Part shown: in pieces, positions 1-9,600 of the stretch
How positions within the stretch are numbered: position 1 is the first letter of the stretch
How the letters are laid out: the number at the start of each line of letters is the position of its first letter
NCBI GenBank assembly: GCA_031279795.1
Contig: JAITHZ010000159.1
Coordinates: forward strand, 1 to 26,646
DNA length: 26,646 nucleotides
Direction: 5' to 3'
DNA from: Bacteroidales bacterium
GTDB taxonomy: Bacteria > Bacteroidota > Bacteroidia > Bacteroidales > WRGA01
Position numbers and translations under genes: made by a program
Notes under the pieces: model-generated
The model's database searches: none
The model's input: only the letters and a program-made list of their open reading frames with translations
Told to the model about the DNA's origin: nothing

Positions 1-2548
1 CTTTGTCAAATCCATCCAGCTTGTGGGCGTACGTAATCTGGTTCGGTTCGATGTAATCGAGAGCGACAAATTCGATGTTGATGAAATTCTGCGTATGTTT
101 CAGGTTGATAACCGGCACGTCGTCGAGGTTCTCCTGCAAAGGCGAATCCCCGCCAATCGGAACGTTTTTGTTGGCAAGCTGTAACTTTGTCAATGCGATA
201 TAGGGTGCAAACGTATTGGTGTTTACCTTGTCGGGGTCGATAGAAATAATACCTTTGCTGTAGCCGAAACAAACTTGTCCGGAATATAATGCACAGCGGG
301 CGTTTTCCGAAAAAATTTGCTTTTCTATCAGTCGGCTGACTTTGCTGTATGTTTCAAATCGGTTGTTGTCGGGATCGAATTTTGTCAGGTTGCTTTCCGT
401 AGCAATCCACAATTTGCCTTTACTGTCTTCGACGATGGTCAGCACAACATCTGAAGGTAAGCCTTCGTTGACGCCGTAGGCGACAAACCTGACCGGAAAT
501 CCGTCTTTCCCTGTTTCGACAATCCGGCTTACCCCGCCGCCAAAAGTGGCTATATACGTGTCGCCGGCAGCGGTAGTGCATATATCATATACGTCGTTGT
601 AGGACAAACTGTTTTTGTCGTTTGGCGTTTTGATATACAGGCGATAGTTGATTGCATCTGCCGATTTGAAATCGGGCGAAAACATGATCAGTCCCAACGT
701 TGTTCCTACACAGAGGTTGCCGAATTTATCCGACGAAATTGTCCGCACCTGCGCGCCATGTTGCACCGGATAATTCTTCAGGTTATTCTTGTGGTTTATA
801 AACCGGCTTTCCTCCTCTTTTTCGAGCAAATTCAATCCTCCTCCGTAAGTGCCTATCCATATCCGGCTGTTTTTATCCTGAAAGATACTGTATACGTTAT
901 TGTTGCTCAAGCTGTACAAATTATCCGGATTGTTTTTAAACTGTTTTATCACGAAGCGCTTCGGGTCGCGGGTGGGCGTCAGTTTATACACACCTTCGCC
1001 CTTTGTTCCGATCCAGATATTGCCTGAGCGGTCTTCCATGATGCAGTAGCAGATACCTTTCAACGGAATGCCTTCGCCAATCTGTCCGGTGTTGCACACA
1101 TATCCCAGTTTATTCTGCGTGGAGTCGCAAACGTATAGCTTTTCTCCTTTTGTGGATACCCACAGTCGGCGACTGCTGTCTTCCAGCATGGCGCGAATGT
1201 CGTTGTTTATCGTCGAATTGACGTCCTTGTCTATTATTATTGAGTTGAAGACATTATCATTAAAAACGATTTTCTCAAGACCGTGAGAACGGGTGCTTAA
1301 CCACAAATTGCCCTGCCTGTCGGAAAAAGCAACCTGAACAACGTTGGAAAACCTGTATGCGGGCGAGGAAAGTTCGTTGTAAAAAGGTACAAGTTCATCC
1401 CTGAGCGGGTCGTAGAAAGCAAAACCACCTCCGCGAGGATGTATCCAGAGCCGGTTTTCCCTGTCTTCGATTATGTAGAAGTGAGGCGGAAACACATCCA
1501 GAATTTTACTTTCAATTTTCATCTCAAAATGCTTAATTGTCTGCGTATCCGGCATGAAGCGGGAAACACCGAAACAGTTCAGTTCCAGCCACACGTTTTC
1601 CGAACGGTCGACATAACAGGAAATAACTTCGTCGGAACACATTCCGCGCAACTTGCTTTTGGTGTATTTGTCGAAAGTTTTCATCGACCGGTGATAGATA
1701 AAAAAACCGTCGTAGCGGGTAGTAATTAATATCCGGCTGTTGTCGATAACCTTAATGTCTTGTATCTGCGAATCTGTTTGCGTTTCCAAAAGCGTGAACT
1801 GTTCGTCTTTTTTATCATAAATCCAGATGCGCCCTTTATCGGAGCCAAACCATATCTGGTTTTTCACTTCCATGGCTGTGAAGAAATTCTGCTGCGAATG
1901 ACTTGCCGCATCATCTTTCCCCGAAAAAAAACTGCTTAAACGTCCTTCTTTCGAGAAAAGATATAAACCGTTGTTTGTTAATATCCACGAATTAAGATCT
2001 CTGTCTTCGTATACTCTGTATACTTTGCCCGCTGGCATATTGTTGTTGCGGTTGAAAACGGTGACGTTGCTAAATGTGGAATCGGGGACGCACACGCAAC
2101 CCATATTCTCAGACAGCAACCAGACCTTGCCCGACTTGGCTGCAAAAATGTCTGACCCGACAAAAGAGAAGTTTGTATATTCGGGCAACGACCTCAAACC
2201 GACAAACTTTTCGGTATGCGGATCGAAGCGAAGCGGTTCGCGATCGTAAGGCAGCGTCCAGATATAACCGTATTTATCGGCGCGAATCAGATCAATGCGG
2301 TTGCTTCGCGTAATCCAGTCCTTTCCCTGCTGTATCCGGTAGGTATAAAAGTTCTGTCCGTCGAATTTGCACAAACCGCTCCATGTAGAAAACCACATAA
2401 AGTCTTTATTGTCTTGCGCCATATCCATAATCGAATTTTGGGGCAAACCATCCTTCACCCCATAATGCTCGAAAAAACAGGTAGGCTGCCCACTCGCAAG
2501 AATTGCTGCCAACTGCGTAAAAAAGAAGAAAATGTATTTTTTGTCCAT
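1..2548 (-). CDS. Hybrid two-component sensor (HTCS), N-terminal periplasmic beta-propeller and Y_Y_Y region; partial, continues past left edge
   Basis: Hand translation from ATG at 2548: MDKKYIFFFFTQLAAILASGQPTCFFEHYGVKDGLPQNSIMDMAQDNKDFMWFSTWSGLCKFDG (Reg_prop repeats). Mid-gene reads GGGFAFYDPLRDELVPFYNE..RFSNVVQVAFSDRQGNLWLST. The left edge reads INLKHTQNFINIEFVALDYIEPNQITYAHKLDGFDK (Y_Y_Y domain). All three segments are in one frame. Kinase/AraC domains would lie outside the window. Confidence 0.9.
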   Translation of the reverse strand, partial: MDKKYIFFFFTQLAAILASGQPTCFFEHYGVKDGLPQNSIMDMAQDNKDFMWFSTWSGLCKFDGQNFYTYRIQQGKDWITRSNRIDLIRADKYGYIWTLPYDREPLRFDPHTEKFVGLRSLPEYTNFSFVGSDIFAAKSGKVWLLSENMGCVCVPDSTFSNVTVFNRNNNMPAGKVYRVYEDRDLNSWILTNNGLYLFSKEGRLSSFFSGKDDAASHSQQNFFTAMEVKNQIWFGSDKGRIWIYDKKDEQFTLLETQTDSQIQDIKVIDNSRILITTRYDGFFIYHRSMKTFDKYTKSKLRGMCSDEVISCYVDRSENVWLELNCFGVSRFMPDTQTIKHFEMKIESKILDVFPPHFYIIEDRENRLWIHPRGGGFAFYDPLRDELVPFYNELSSPAYRFSNVVQVAFSDRQGNLWLSTRSHGLEKIVFNDNVFNSIIIDKDVNSTINNDIRAMLEDSSRRLWVSTKGEKLYVCDSTQNKLGYVCNTGQIGEGIPLKGICYCIMEDRSGNIWIGTKGEGVYKLTPTRDPKRFVIKQFKNNPDNLYSLSNNNVYSIFQDKNSRIWIGTYGGGLNLLEKEEESRFINHKNNLKNYPVQHGAQVRTISSDKFGNLCVGTTLGLIMFSPDFKSADAINYRLYIKTPNDKNSLSYNDVYDICTTAAGDTYIATFGGGVSRIVETGKDGFPVRFVAYGVNEGLPSDVVLTIVEDSKGKLWIATESNLTKFDPDNNRFETYSKVSRLIEKQIFSENARCALYSGQVCFGYSKGIISIDPDKVNTNTFAPYIALTKLQLANKNVPIGGDSPLQENLDDVPVINLKHTQNFINIEFVALDYIEPNQITYAHKLDGFDK

Positions 2549-2574
2549 TTTTTCTAAAAAAACATTTGTTGGTG

Positions 2575-2582
2575 CAAAGATA
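2575..2582 (-). promoter_or_regulatory. Bacteroidetes sigma70 -7 element for the HTCS gene
   Basis: Minus strand TATCTTTG(CA) matches TAnnTTTG, 26 nt upstream of the ATG, in the short gap after the dnaA stop. Confidence 0.7.
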
Positions 2583-2604
2583 AAACTTTTTTTAAAAATA
2601 AACG

Positions 2605-3990
2605 TTAGACTTGCAGCTTTTCTTCAATTCTGTTGACATTGTTCCGGAATGACAGGTCAATATCCATCAAGTCTCTTACGGTTTTGAGGGCATGTAAGAC
2701 TGTAGCGTGGTCTTTTTTTCCAAGCAATTCGCCTATTTTTGAAGATGAAAAAGCGGTATATTTTCTCACCAAATACATGGCTATCTGCCGTGCCTGAACG
2801 ATTTCCCGTTTTCTTGATTTCGTAGAAAACAATTGTTGGTCTAATGAAAAATGATTGCATACGACTTCCCGAATCCATTCGACGGTAATTTCTTTTTTCT
2901 TAATTTTGACTGTATTACTGACCACCAGTTGAGCCAATTCTAAATCAATTTCGTGATCGTCAATTATAGAACGAGCTGCTAATGAAACGATTACCCCTTC
3001 CAAATCGCGGATGCTTTCCGTTACGTTTTCTGCAATGTAAGTGATAACCGCTTCAGGGAAATGTGCGCCTTCCTGCCGGATTTTGTTTTTTAGAATTTTT
3101 TTGCGCAGTTCCAAATCCGGTTTATTCAGTTCGGCAGTCAAGCCGCAGATGAAACGGTTCAGCAAGCGGTCTTCGAGTCCTTGAACAAGCACAGGCTGTG
3201 TGTCACACGATAAAACAAGTTGCTTGCGGGATTGATGTAAATAATTGAAAATGTGGAAGAATGTATTTTGAGTTCCTGTTTTTCCGGCAAGTTGTTGAAT
3301 ATCGTCAATGAGCAAAGCATCAATATGTTGATAAAAGTTGATGAAATCATTCACCGTATTGTTTCTGACCGCATCAGTATACTGAACCAGAAACAGATAG
3401 GCCGAAATGTACAAAACCCGTTTACCTGGATTCAATTCTTCGATTCGATTGCCAATAGCATGAAGCAAGTGAGTTTTCCCCACGCCAGGCTGTCCATACA
3501 GAAACAGAGGATTGAAGGGCGACGTACCCAGCGATTCGGCCACTGTGAGACCAGCAGTTCGTGCCAGACGGTTGCTTATGCCTTCAGAGAAATTATCAAA
3601 ATTATAATTCGGACGTAATTGGGAATCCACTTCTGTAAGAATTTGTGGCGATTTATTGGCATTGGATTTCGGTTTGTTTTTTTCATAACCTGCCGATTTT
3701 CCAATACTGTCCAAATCAACTGTCGTATGAGTCGTATTTTCTACAACTATCCGATACATTAATTTGGTGTTGGGGCCAATTACCCTGTGCAATGTTTTCT
3801 GAATCAAGTCTATGAATTTCTCTTCAAGATATTCATAAAAAAACTGGCTGGGCACTTGTACTACAAGGATGTCATTGGTAAAACTTAGAGGGACAATAGG
3901 CGAGAACCACGTAGTAAAAGTGGCTTCAGGTACATTATCCTTGATTACACTCAAGCAATCTTTCCATAGATTAATACAATCGTTTCTCAT
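2605..3990 (-). CDS. dnaA: Chromosomal replication initiator DnaA (461 aa from ATG 3990)
   Basis: Walker A GQPGVGKT, Walker B LLIDDIQ, EDRLLNRF box VII, IRDLEG sensor II, domain IV RKREIVQARQIAMYL and KDHATVLHA. The track start at 4098 is a TTG; MRNDCINLW (ATG 3990) fits the domain I start. Confidence 0.97.
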   Translation of the reverse strand: MRNDCINLWKDCLSVIKDNVPEATFTTWFSPIVPLSFTNDILVVQVPSQFFYEYLEEKFIDLIQKTLHRVIGPNTKLMYRIVVENTTHTTVDLDSIGKSAGYEKNKPKSNANKSPQILTEVDSQLRPNYNFDNFSEGISNRLARTAGLTVAESLGTSPFNPLFLYGQPGVGKTHLLHAIGNRIEELNPGKRVLYISAYLFLVQYTDAVRNNTVNDFINFYQHIDALLIDDIQQLAGKTGTQNTFFHIFNYLHQSRKQLVLSCDTQPVLVQGLEDRLLNRFICGLTAELNKPDLELRKKILKNKIRQEGAHFPEAVITYIAENVTESIRDLEGVIVSLAARSIIDDHEIDLELAQLVVSNTVKIKKKEITVEWIREVVCNHFSLDQQLFSTKSRKREIVQARQIAMYLVRKYTAFSSSKIGELLGKKDHATVLHALKTVRDLMDIDLSFRNNVNRIEEKLQV

Positions 3991-4157
3991 TTTTGCGTTC
4001 AATTTAGTGGCCAATACTATCCGATTGATTATCAGCCAACAATAAAATATGTTAGTTGTTTTTGTTTTCGATTTCCCCAAAATATCTATCAATGTCAATA
4101 AAAATAATTGATACTTTGCGTGTTGTATATTTCCTGATCAATTTTGATTTTCGTCTG

Positions 4158-4188
4158 CAAAGTTGCGACGAAAATTTGAATAAAACAA
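4158..4188 (-). promoter_or_regulatory. Candidate dnaA promoter
   Basis: Minus strand TTG-N20-CAACTTTG(CA): one mismatch to the -7 consensus, with correct -33 spacing. Confidence 0.4.
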
Positions 4189-4420
4189 TTCGCTTTTTTT
4201 GAGTGCGACATGTTAAAAATAATACCCAATTTGTAGTCAGTTACTTAAATATAAAGAGCTGAAAACAAGCAATTTGAAGTATTTTTTATCATGATAAACA
4301 TCTTAAAATCAACTCTATATATTCATATTGTAAAATCACTGTCAATTACTCAATTTCTCTGTCTTACCTTCTTATTTTAGGCGATATAGAATGAATTATC
4401 AGAAATAATTCAAAAAGGCA

Positions 4421-4443
4421 TTATTTAGAATTATTCTAAATAA
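4421..4443. promoter_or_regulatory. 11-1-11 palindrome, Fur-family-like operator
   Basis: TTATTTAGAAT-T-ATTCTAAATAA, perfect arms. Confidence 0.5.
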
Positions 4444-4606
4444 AAAGCCCAAAACAAGAAACAAAAATTACTTTTTTAAAATTTTATTTATAAAATAAAT
4501 TGTTTGCATTTTTGTATACTTAATTTTAATTAACTGGGTATTATGTGAATTATTACTAATTGCATAATTTTATTTTGAACCGTATCAATTCGCATCAAAA
4601 AATTGC

Positions 4607-4614
4607 TAACTTTG
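4607..4614 (+). promoter_or_regulatory. -7 promoter element for the NfeD gene
   Basis: TAACTTTG(C) matches TAnnTTTG, ~100 nt upstream of ATG 4718. Confidence 0.55.
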
Positions 4615-4717
4615 CTTCCATATTTTCATGATTAGTCAAAATTTTGCTGAATACTGATTAATCCATTGAATGTCAAGATATTTTTATATTGGACTTTATT
4701 TTATTAATTTTTTTATT

Positions 4718-5188
4718 ATGGATATTTTTATCATTCTACTTTTGATGGGTATTGCCATCGGACTGATTGTAATTGAGATATTCTTTTTACCCGGTACGAC
4801 GCTGGCCGGCATAGCTGGTGGTATTTTTGCCGTCGTTGGTATTTGGTATGCCTATTCGCAAGTGGGCAGTATGGGTGGACATATTACGCTGGCAGTGTCT
4901 GTCGTTGCATTCGGAGCTGCCTTCATCTGGTTTATTAAATCCAATGCATTGAACAAAATTGCACTGAATGAGGAAGTTGTTTCATCTGTCGAATCCCTCA
5001 ACAGGGAAAAAATCAAAGTAGGCGATGAAGGCCTCACCCTTTCGCGCCTGAATCCAATGGGAAAAGCTCGAATCAACGGCGAAACGGTAGAAGTGAAATC
5101 TACAGGCGATTTTATTGACCAAAACAAAACAGTGGTCGTGCTGAAGGTTTTTACAACAAATGCTTTGGTGGAATTAAAAAAAGACTGA
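4718..5188 (+). CDS. Short NfeD-family membrane protein (hydrophobic N-terminus plus OB-fold NfeD C-domain)
   Basis: MDIFIILLLMGIAIGLIVIEIFFLPG, three hydrophobic segments, then KVGDEGLTLSRLNPMGKARINGETVEVKSTGDFID typical of NfeD-like_C. ATG 4718 preferred over 4670. Confidence 0.85.
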   Translation: MDIFIILLLMGIAIGLIVIEIFFLPGTTLAGIAGGIFAVVGIWYAYSQVGSMGGHITLAVSVVAFGAAFIWFIKSNALNKIALNEEVVSSVESLNREKIKVGDEGLTLSRLNPMGKARINGETVEVKSTGDFIDQNKTVVVLKVFTTNALVELKKD

Positions 5189-5237
5189 GTATCGCTTATT
5201 CTGTTACTTTTGTCACCCTATTTTGGGAAATCTGTCG

Positions 5238-5268
5238 TTGTCTTATGCAAAGATTAGCGGTATATTTG
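5238..5268 (+). promoter_or_regulatory. Promoter for the GH105 gene
   Basis: TTG-N20-TATATTTG(CA) matches both the -33 and -7 Bacteroidetes elements. Confidence 0.7.
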
Positions 5269-5389
5269 CATGTAATTTCCTGTTGAAGTTTTACTTTTTA
5301 TCTTCTTACTTTATTGTAGCATGTTTTAAGTTAAACTTTTTCATGCATGAATGGAATAAATTATCAACGATAACATAACAATAAAAACA

Positions 5390-6565
5390 ATGAAAAATTA
5401 TCTATTTATTTTATTATTCGCCGGAATATGTTTTGGCTGTAATAAAACAGCCGCTAATGAGGTAAAAAACTATGTTCGCATGGCAGATTCGGAGATGAAA
5501 CGGAATCCTGAATCATGGATGCTCGACTTTTCGGAAAAGCCAAAGTGGAATTACTGTCACGGCCTGGTACTGCTGGCTATCCAGAAAACATTCGACAAAA
5601 CCGGCGACAGAAAGTATTACGACTATGTGAAGTCGTATGTCGATACGATGTTGATGAACAACGGGTTAGAAATCAGTACCTATCGTGTGGACAATTACAA
5701 TATCGACCATATCAATCCGGGACGGATTCTGTATCCGCTGCTCAAGGAAACAAATGATTCGGTATATAAAAATGCGCTGGAACTTTTGCGCAGCCAGATG
5801 TTGACGCACCCTCGTACCTCCGAAGGCGGTTTCTGGCACAAGCAGATTTATCCCTGTCAAATGTGGCTCGACGGCATTTACATGGCTTCGCCTTTTCTGA
5901 CCGAATACGGCAAAACATTCAACGAACCTGCCCTGTTCGACGAAGTGGCGCATCAAATCACCCTGATAGCTCAAAAAACATACAGCCCGAAAACCGGATT
6001 GTATTATCATGGCTGGGACGAAAAACGCGAGCAAAGTTGGGCTGATCCCGAAACCGGTCTTTCGCCCAACTTCTGGTCAAGAAGCATCGGCTGGTATTGT
6101 ATGGCGCTGGTGGATGTGCTGGAATTTCTGCCGGAAACTCATCCGAAACGTCCGGAAATCATCAAGATTCTTCAAAATCTGGCTGCGGCGCTGGATAAAT
6201 ACCGCGATCCCAAAACTGGCATGTGGTATCAGGTGACCGACAAAATCGACGCTGACGGGAACTATCTCGAATCAACCGGATCTATCATGTTCATTTACGC
6301 ATGGATAAAAGGATCGCAAAATGGCTGGTTAGACCGTTCATTCCTCGAAAAGGGAAAAGCAGCCTACGAACAGTTCGTTAAACAGTTTGTCGTAAATGAC
6401 CCCGATGGAACTGTTTCTATTCTCAAATGCTGCTCGGTAGCCGGATTGGGAGGCAAGGGCAACCGCAACGGCAGTTTTGAATATTACATCTCCGAACCTG
6501 TGCGCGACAACGACCCAAAGGCTACCGGCCCCTTCATCATGACAAGCTTGCTGCTGAATAATTAA
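5390..6565 (+). CDS. GH105 (Glyco_hydro_88 clan) unsaturated rhamnogalacturonyl/glucuronyl hydrolase, probable lipoprotein
   Basis: KWNYCHG, NIDHIN, HPRTSEGGFWHKQIYPCQMWLDGIYM, WSRSIGW and ESTGS motifs of the YteR/YesR type; signal peptide ending FGC. Confidence 0.92.
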   Translation: MKNYLFILLFAGICFGCNKTAANEVKNYVRMADSEMKRNPESWMLDFSEKPKWNYCHGLVLLAIQKTFDKTGDRKYYDYVKSYVDTMLMNNGLEISTYRVDNYNIDHINPGRILYPLLKETNDSVYKNALELLRSQMLTHPRTSEGGFWHKQIYPCQMWLDGIYMASPFLTEYGKTFNEPALFDEVAHQITLIAQKTYSPKTGLYYHGWDEKREQSWADPETGLSPNFWSRSIGWYCMALVDVLEFLPETHPKRPEIIKILQNLAAALDKYRDPKTGMWYQVTDKIDADGNYLESTGSIMFIYAWIKGSQNGWLDRSFLEKGKAAYEQFVKQFVVNDPDGTVSILKCCSVAGLGGKGNRNGSFEYYISEPVRDNDPKATGPFIMTSLLLNN

Positions 6566-6622
6566 GAATTAGGAATTAGGAATTCTCAACTCTTAATTCC
6601 TAATTCCTAATTCTTAATTATT
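6557..6622. terminator. Perfect 28-bp inverted repeat built from AATTAGG/AATTAAG heptamers between convergent genes; probable bidirectional terminator
   Basis: Arm 6557-6584 AATAATTAAGAATTAGGAATTAGGAATT is the exact reverse complement of 6595-6622; 10-nt loop CTCAACTCTT. Confidence 0.75.
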
Positions 6623-6627
6623 AATTC

Positions 6628-9600
6628 CTAATTAACCACTAATTGCGTCCAGCGGCTGTTCTCTGACTGCACGGACACTACATAGCTTCCTTTATTCAAT
6701 GAACAGGCGACAGACTGCTTGTCGGTTTGTTCAGCATGAATCAGAGCGCCGCTCAGATCATAGATTGCAATCCGGCTGTTGCCTTCCAGGTTGCAGATAT
6801 GGATGGTCTGATTTGCGGAATAGACTGTTACCGTCGACGCATCTACCGATTCGACAGCCGACGGAATCTGCTTGTTCTGGAACAGATAAATTGCATTGTA
6901 CAGCGCTCCAGAGGCGGTGTTGAATGTTGCCTGAGTGCCGGCTGCGTCGTCGCGAGAGGCAACGGCCTTGTTGACGGCCGTCATCAACGTTGCTTTGGAT
7001 CCGGTGGGGTACTGTCCGGGGGCGTCGCCTTCCGTTGCCTGGGAATACAGCTCCGTTGCCTGGACGATCAGCTCCTCCAGTTCCGATTTTAGCTGTGTCA
7101 GCAGGGCGTCGATTGCGGCATTGAGTTCGGCGGTTTTGGCGTCGGCGGTTGCTTGCGTTACCGTTCTGTCCATTGCAGCTATTGGCGTCAGTATTGCAAC
7201 GAATACGTCGAACACAGCTTGCGGACATTGCCGTTGTTCATTGCCGACGGCCGTTGTCGTTTCCCTGTAATGGGCAGCTTTTGCGATGGCGGCGTCCAGC
7301 GACGTGAAATCGACCGCGATTACTGCACTGTTGAAGGCGGCGATTGCTGTGTTTAAGGCAGTGTTAGCCGCATCCAGGTCAGTTTGAACTGAAGATGGAC
7401 TGTCGAATACCGTTTGGGCGGATGTTGCTGCTGCACGCAAGGCGTCGAATGCCGACTGCGGACGCTGCCCGTTGGCATCGCCTGGCTCGCTGGACGAGAG
7501 CAGCGTTTGTGCATTCTGAATGCTTGTATTCAAGGACGTTCGATTGACAACGGCGGCGTTGAATGCAGCGATTGCAGCAGTCAGCGTTGCGTTGGCGGCA
7601 TCAATGTCTGGCTGAGTAGCCGCATAGTTTGTGTTGCAGACGGTCGTTGCTGTGTTGAGCGCATCCGTCAGCGCATCAATAGCCGCTTGCGGATAGGAAA
7701 CATACTGCGCCGGATTAGCCGCTGCCGCCAGCGTCTGGTCTGCAGTCTGGATGGTTGCGCGGAACACGGAACGGTTGACGGTGATAACAGCCTGCTGGAA
7801 GAGTGTGATGGCTGCCTGCAGCGTTTCGATGTCAGCCGTTGTTGCTGTCTGATCCTGTGCAGCGGCAAGGGCGGCGTCGATTGCCGAACGGAAGTCTGCT
7901 CTGACAGTCGGAGCGTACTGTCCCATGTCAATACCTTCCACCGATGCGGCATAAATGGCTTCCGCGTCCATTGCGAGTTCGTACAGAACGGCTTCCGGCG
8001 ACACGTCCACAGTGTTGGCAGCTGCGATGAAGGCGTCGATGCTGGCTTGAAGCGTAACGACTTCCGCGTCGACGTCGGCCTGAACGGATGAATTGTCGAA
8101 AACGGCTTTCGAGGCATCGAATTTCGCCTTGTATTCGGATTTCACCGAAGGCAGATATTCTCCGACATGTTCGCCAATGACCGCCGCGTCCCACAGAGCG
8201 TATGCCTCCAGCAGCAATGCTCCCAGCGCATCTTTTATCACAGAGATGGCAGCCGCGTTATAGGCAGTTTCGGCTGCTTTCAGTTCTTCGAGACGGGCGT
8301 CCACCTCCTCCTGCGTATATCCTGCGCCATCGACCGCTGCTGTTGCGGCATTTATAACGGCTTTAAAGGCGTCGAAGGCCGATTGCGGCCACTGACCCTG
8401 TTCCGTACCGATGGTTTTGGCGTTGAGAGTGGTTGTTGCTTTCGGAATATAATCTTCCAGCGCCAGCTTTGAAGGATCGTGAGGAAAATCCACTCTGGTG
8501 AGCCGCACCCAGTGAGCGTTGTTGGTTGGCTGATAGGTTTGCAGCGTCCACGTTGTGCCGCTGCCACAGGCTACGGTTTGATTATCGCCAGTCTGCATGG
8601 CAAACCATTCGACGCCTCCGTTGGTGGAATTGAACGAAAAGCGCCAGACAGTAGCCGAAGCGACCTCGTCGACCAGCGCGTAAGCCGAAGTGGACGCCGA
8701 CAGGTATTTTCCGCCATTGAGCAGATAATATTCTCCTGCGCCGTCTGTTACGGGTTGAAACACCCAATGCTGTCCGCTGTTGCCGGAAGTCCATACGTCC
8801 GCCGTTCGAGCATTACCTTCCACGTTTGTCAGATATTTGGTAGCGTATTTATAGGTAGTGATACGGTACTTGTCTGCAGCGGGGATGAACACCGGTTTAA
8901 TTTCCGCAGCAAGGAAATCGGTCTGCGCCGTTTGCAATGCAGCTGCAGCCGTTGCGACGTCATCCTGCGAGACGGCGGAATTATTATAAACCGTCTGCGC
9001 TGCGGCGATTGCAGCTGCAAAGGCATCGTATGCTTCCTGGGGATACTGATGCGCGGCCGTGCCTACAACTATCCTTCCGAGCAGCGACTGTGCCGATGCA
9101 ATGGCAGCTTCCAGTCCGTCTTTGATGATTTCTCCCTCGATGTACTCCCTCACTTTCCAGTAGTGGTTTGCCGTGTTGCCAGCTTTATCGATGTAAACGC
9201 CTGAGCCGTCGGAATTAGCGTCTGTGCCGATATACCGGCTGTTGTCGAGGCATTTGAACCGGATATATCCGGCGGTTGGCGCGTCTTCGATTCGGAATTT
9301 GGCAGTGTTGAGCGTCGGATCTGTGCCGTACACGATGTTGTAACCACTGCGGGCTATGTACGACGACCGCGATTGTATCTGGATGTTGTAAACTCCAGGT
9401 TCCGATTCGACAGGCATGAAGATAAACTGCTGCGCGGTGGTTCCTGCCGGAGAGTTCAGCTTGGGATTGTTGCTCCCGTTGTCGGACAGAAACAGTCCGC
9501 CGGAATGAACGATGTAATAGATCTGACCCGACGACACCTGCGTCTTGAGCGACACGAAAGCTTCGCGGGCAGCAACCAGCGCCGTCATTGCCAGCGTGAT

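Noticed and set aside
1144-1160. DnaA-box-like TGTGGATAC
   Set aside because: A single mismatched box inside the HTCS coding sequence; no cluster.
3991-4098. 36-aa N-terminal extension of DnaA from TTG 4098
   Set aside because: Non-conserved-looking sequence; ATG 3990 gives a normal domain I.
5340-5351. Palindrome TTCATGCATGAA upstream of GH105
   Set aside because: Short, single and unmatched to any motif I can name; plausible by chance.
7414-9204. Long + strand ORFs (7414-8091, 8479-9204) and others opposite real genes (11086, 13112, 13886, 14640, 16924, 21006)
   Set aside because: Antisense shadows of GC-rich coding genes with no recognisable motifs.
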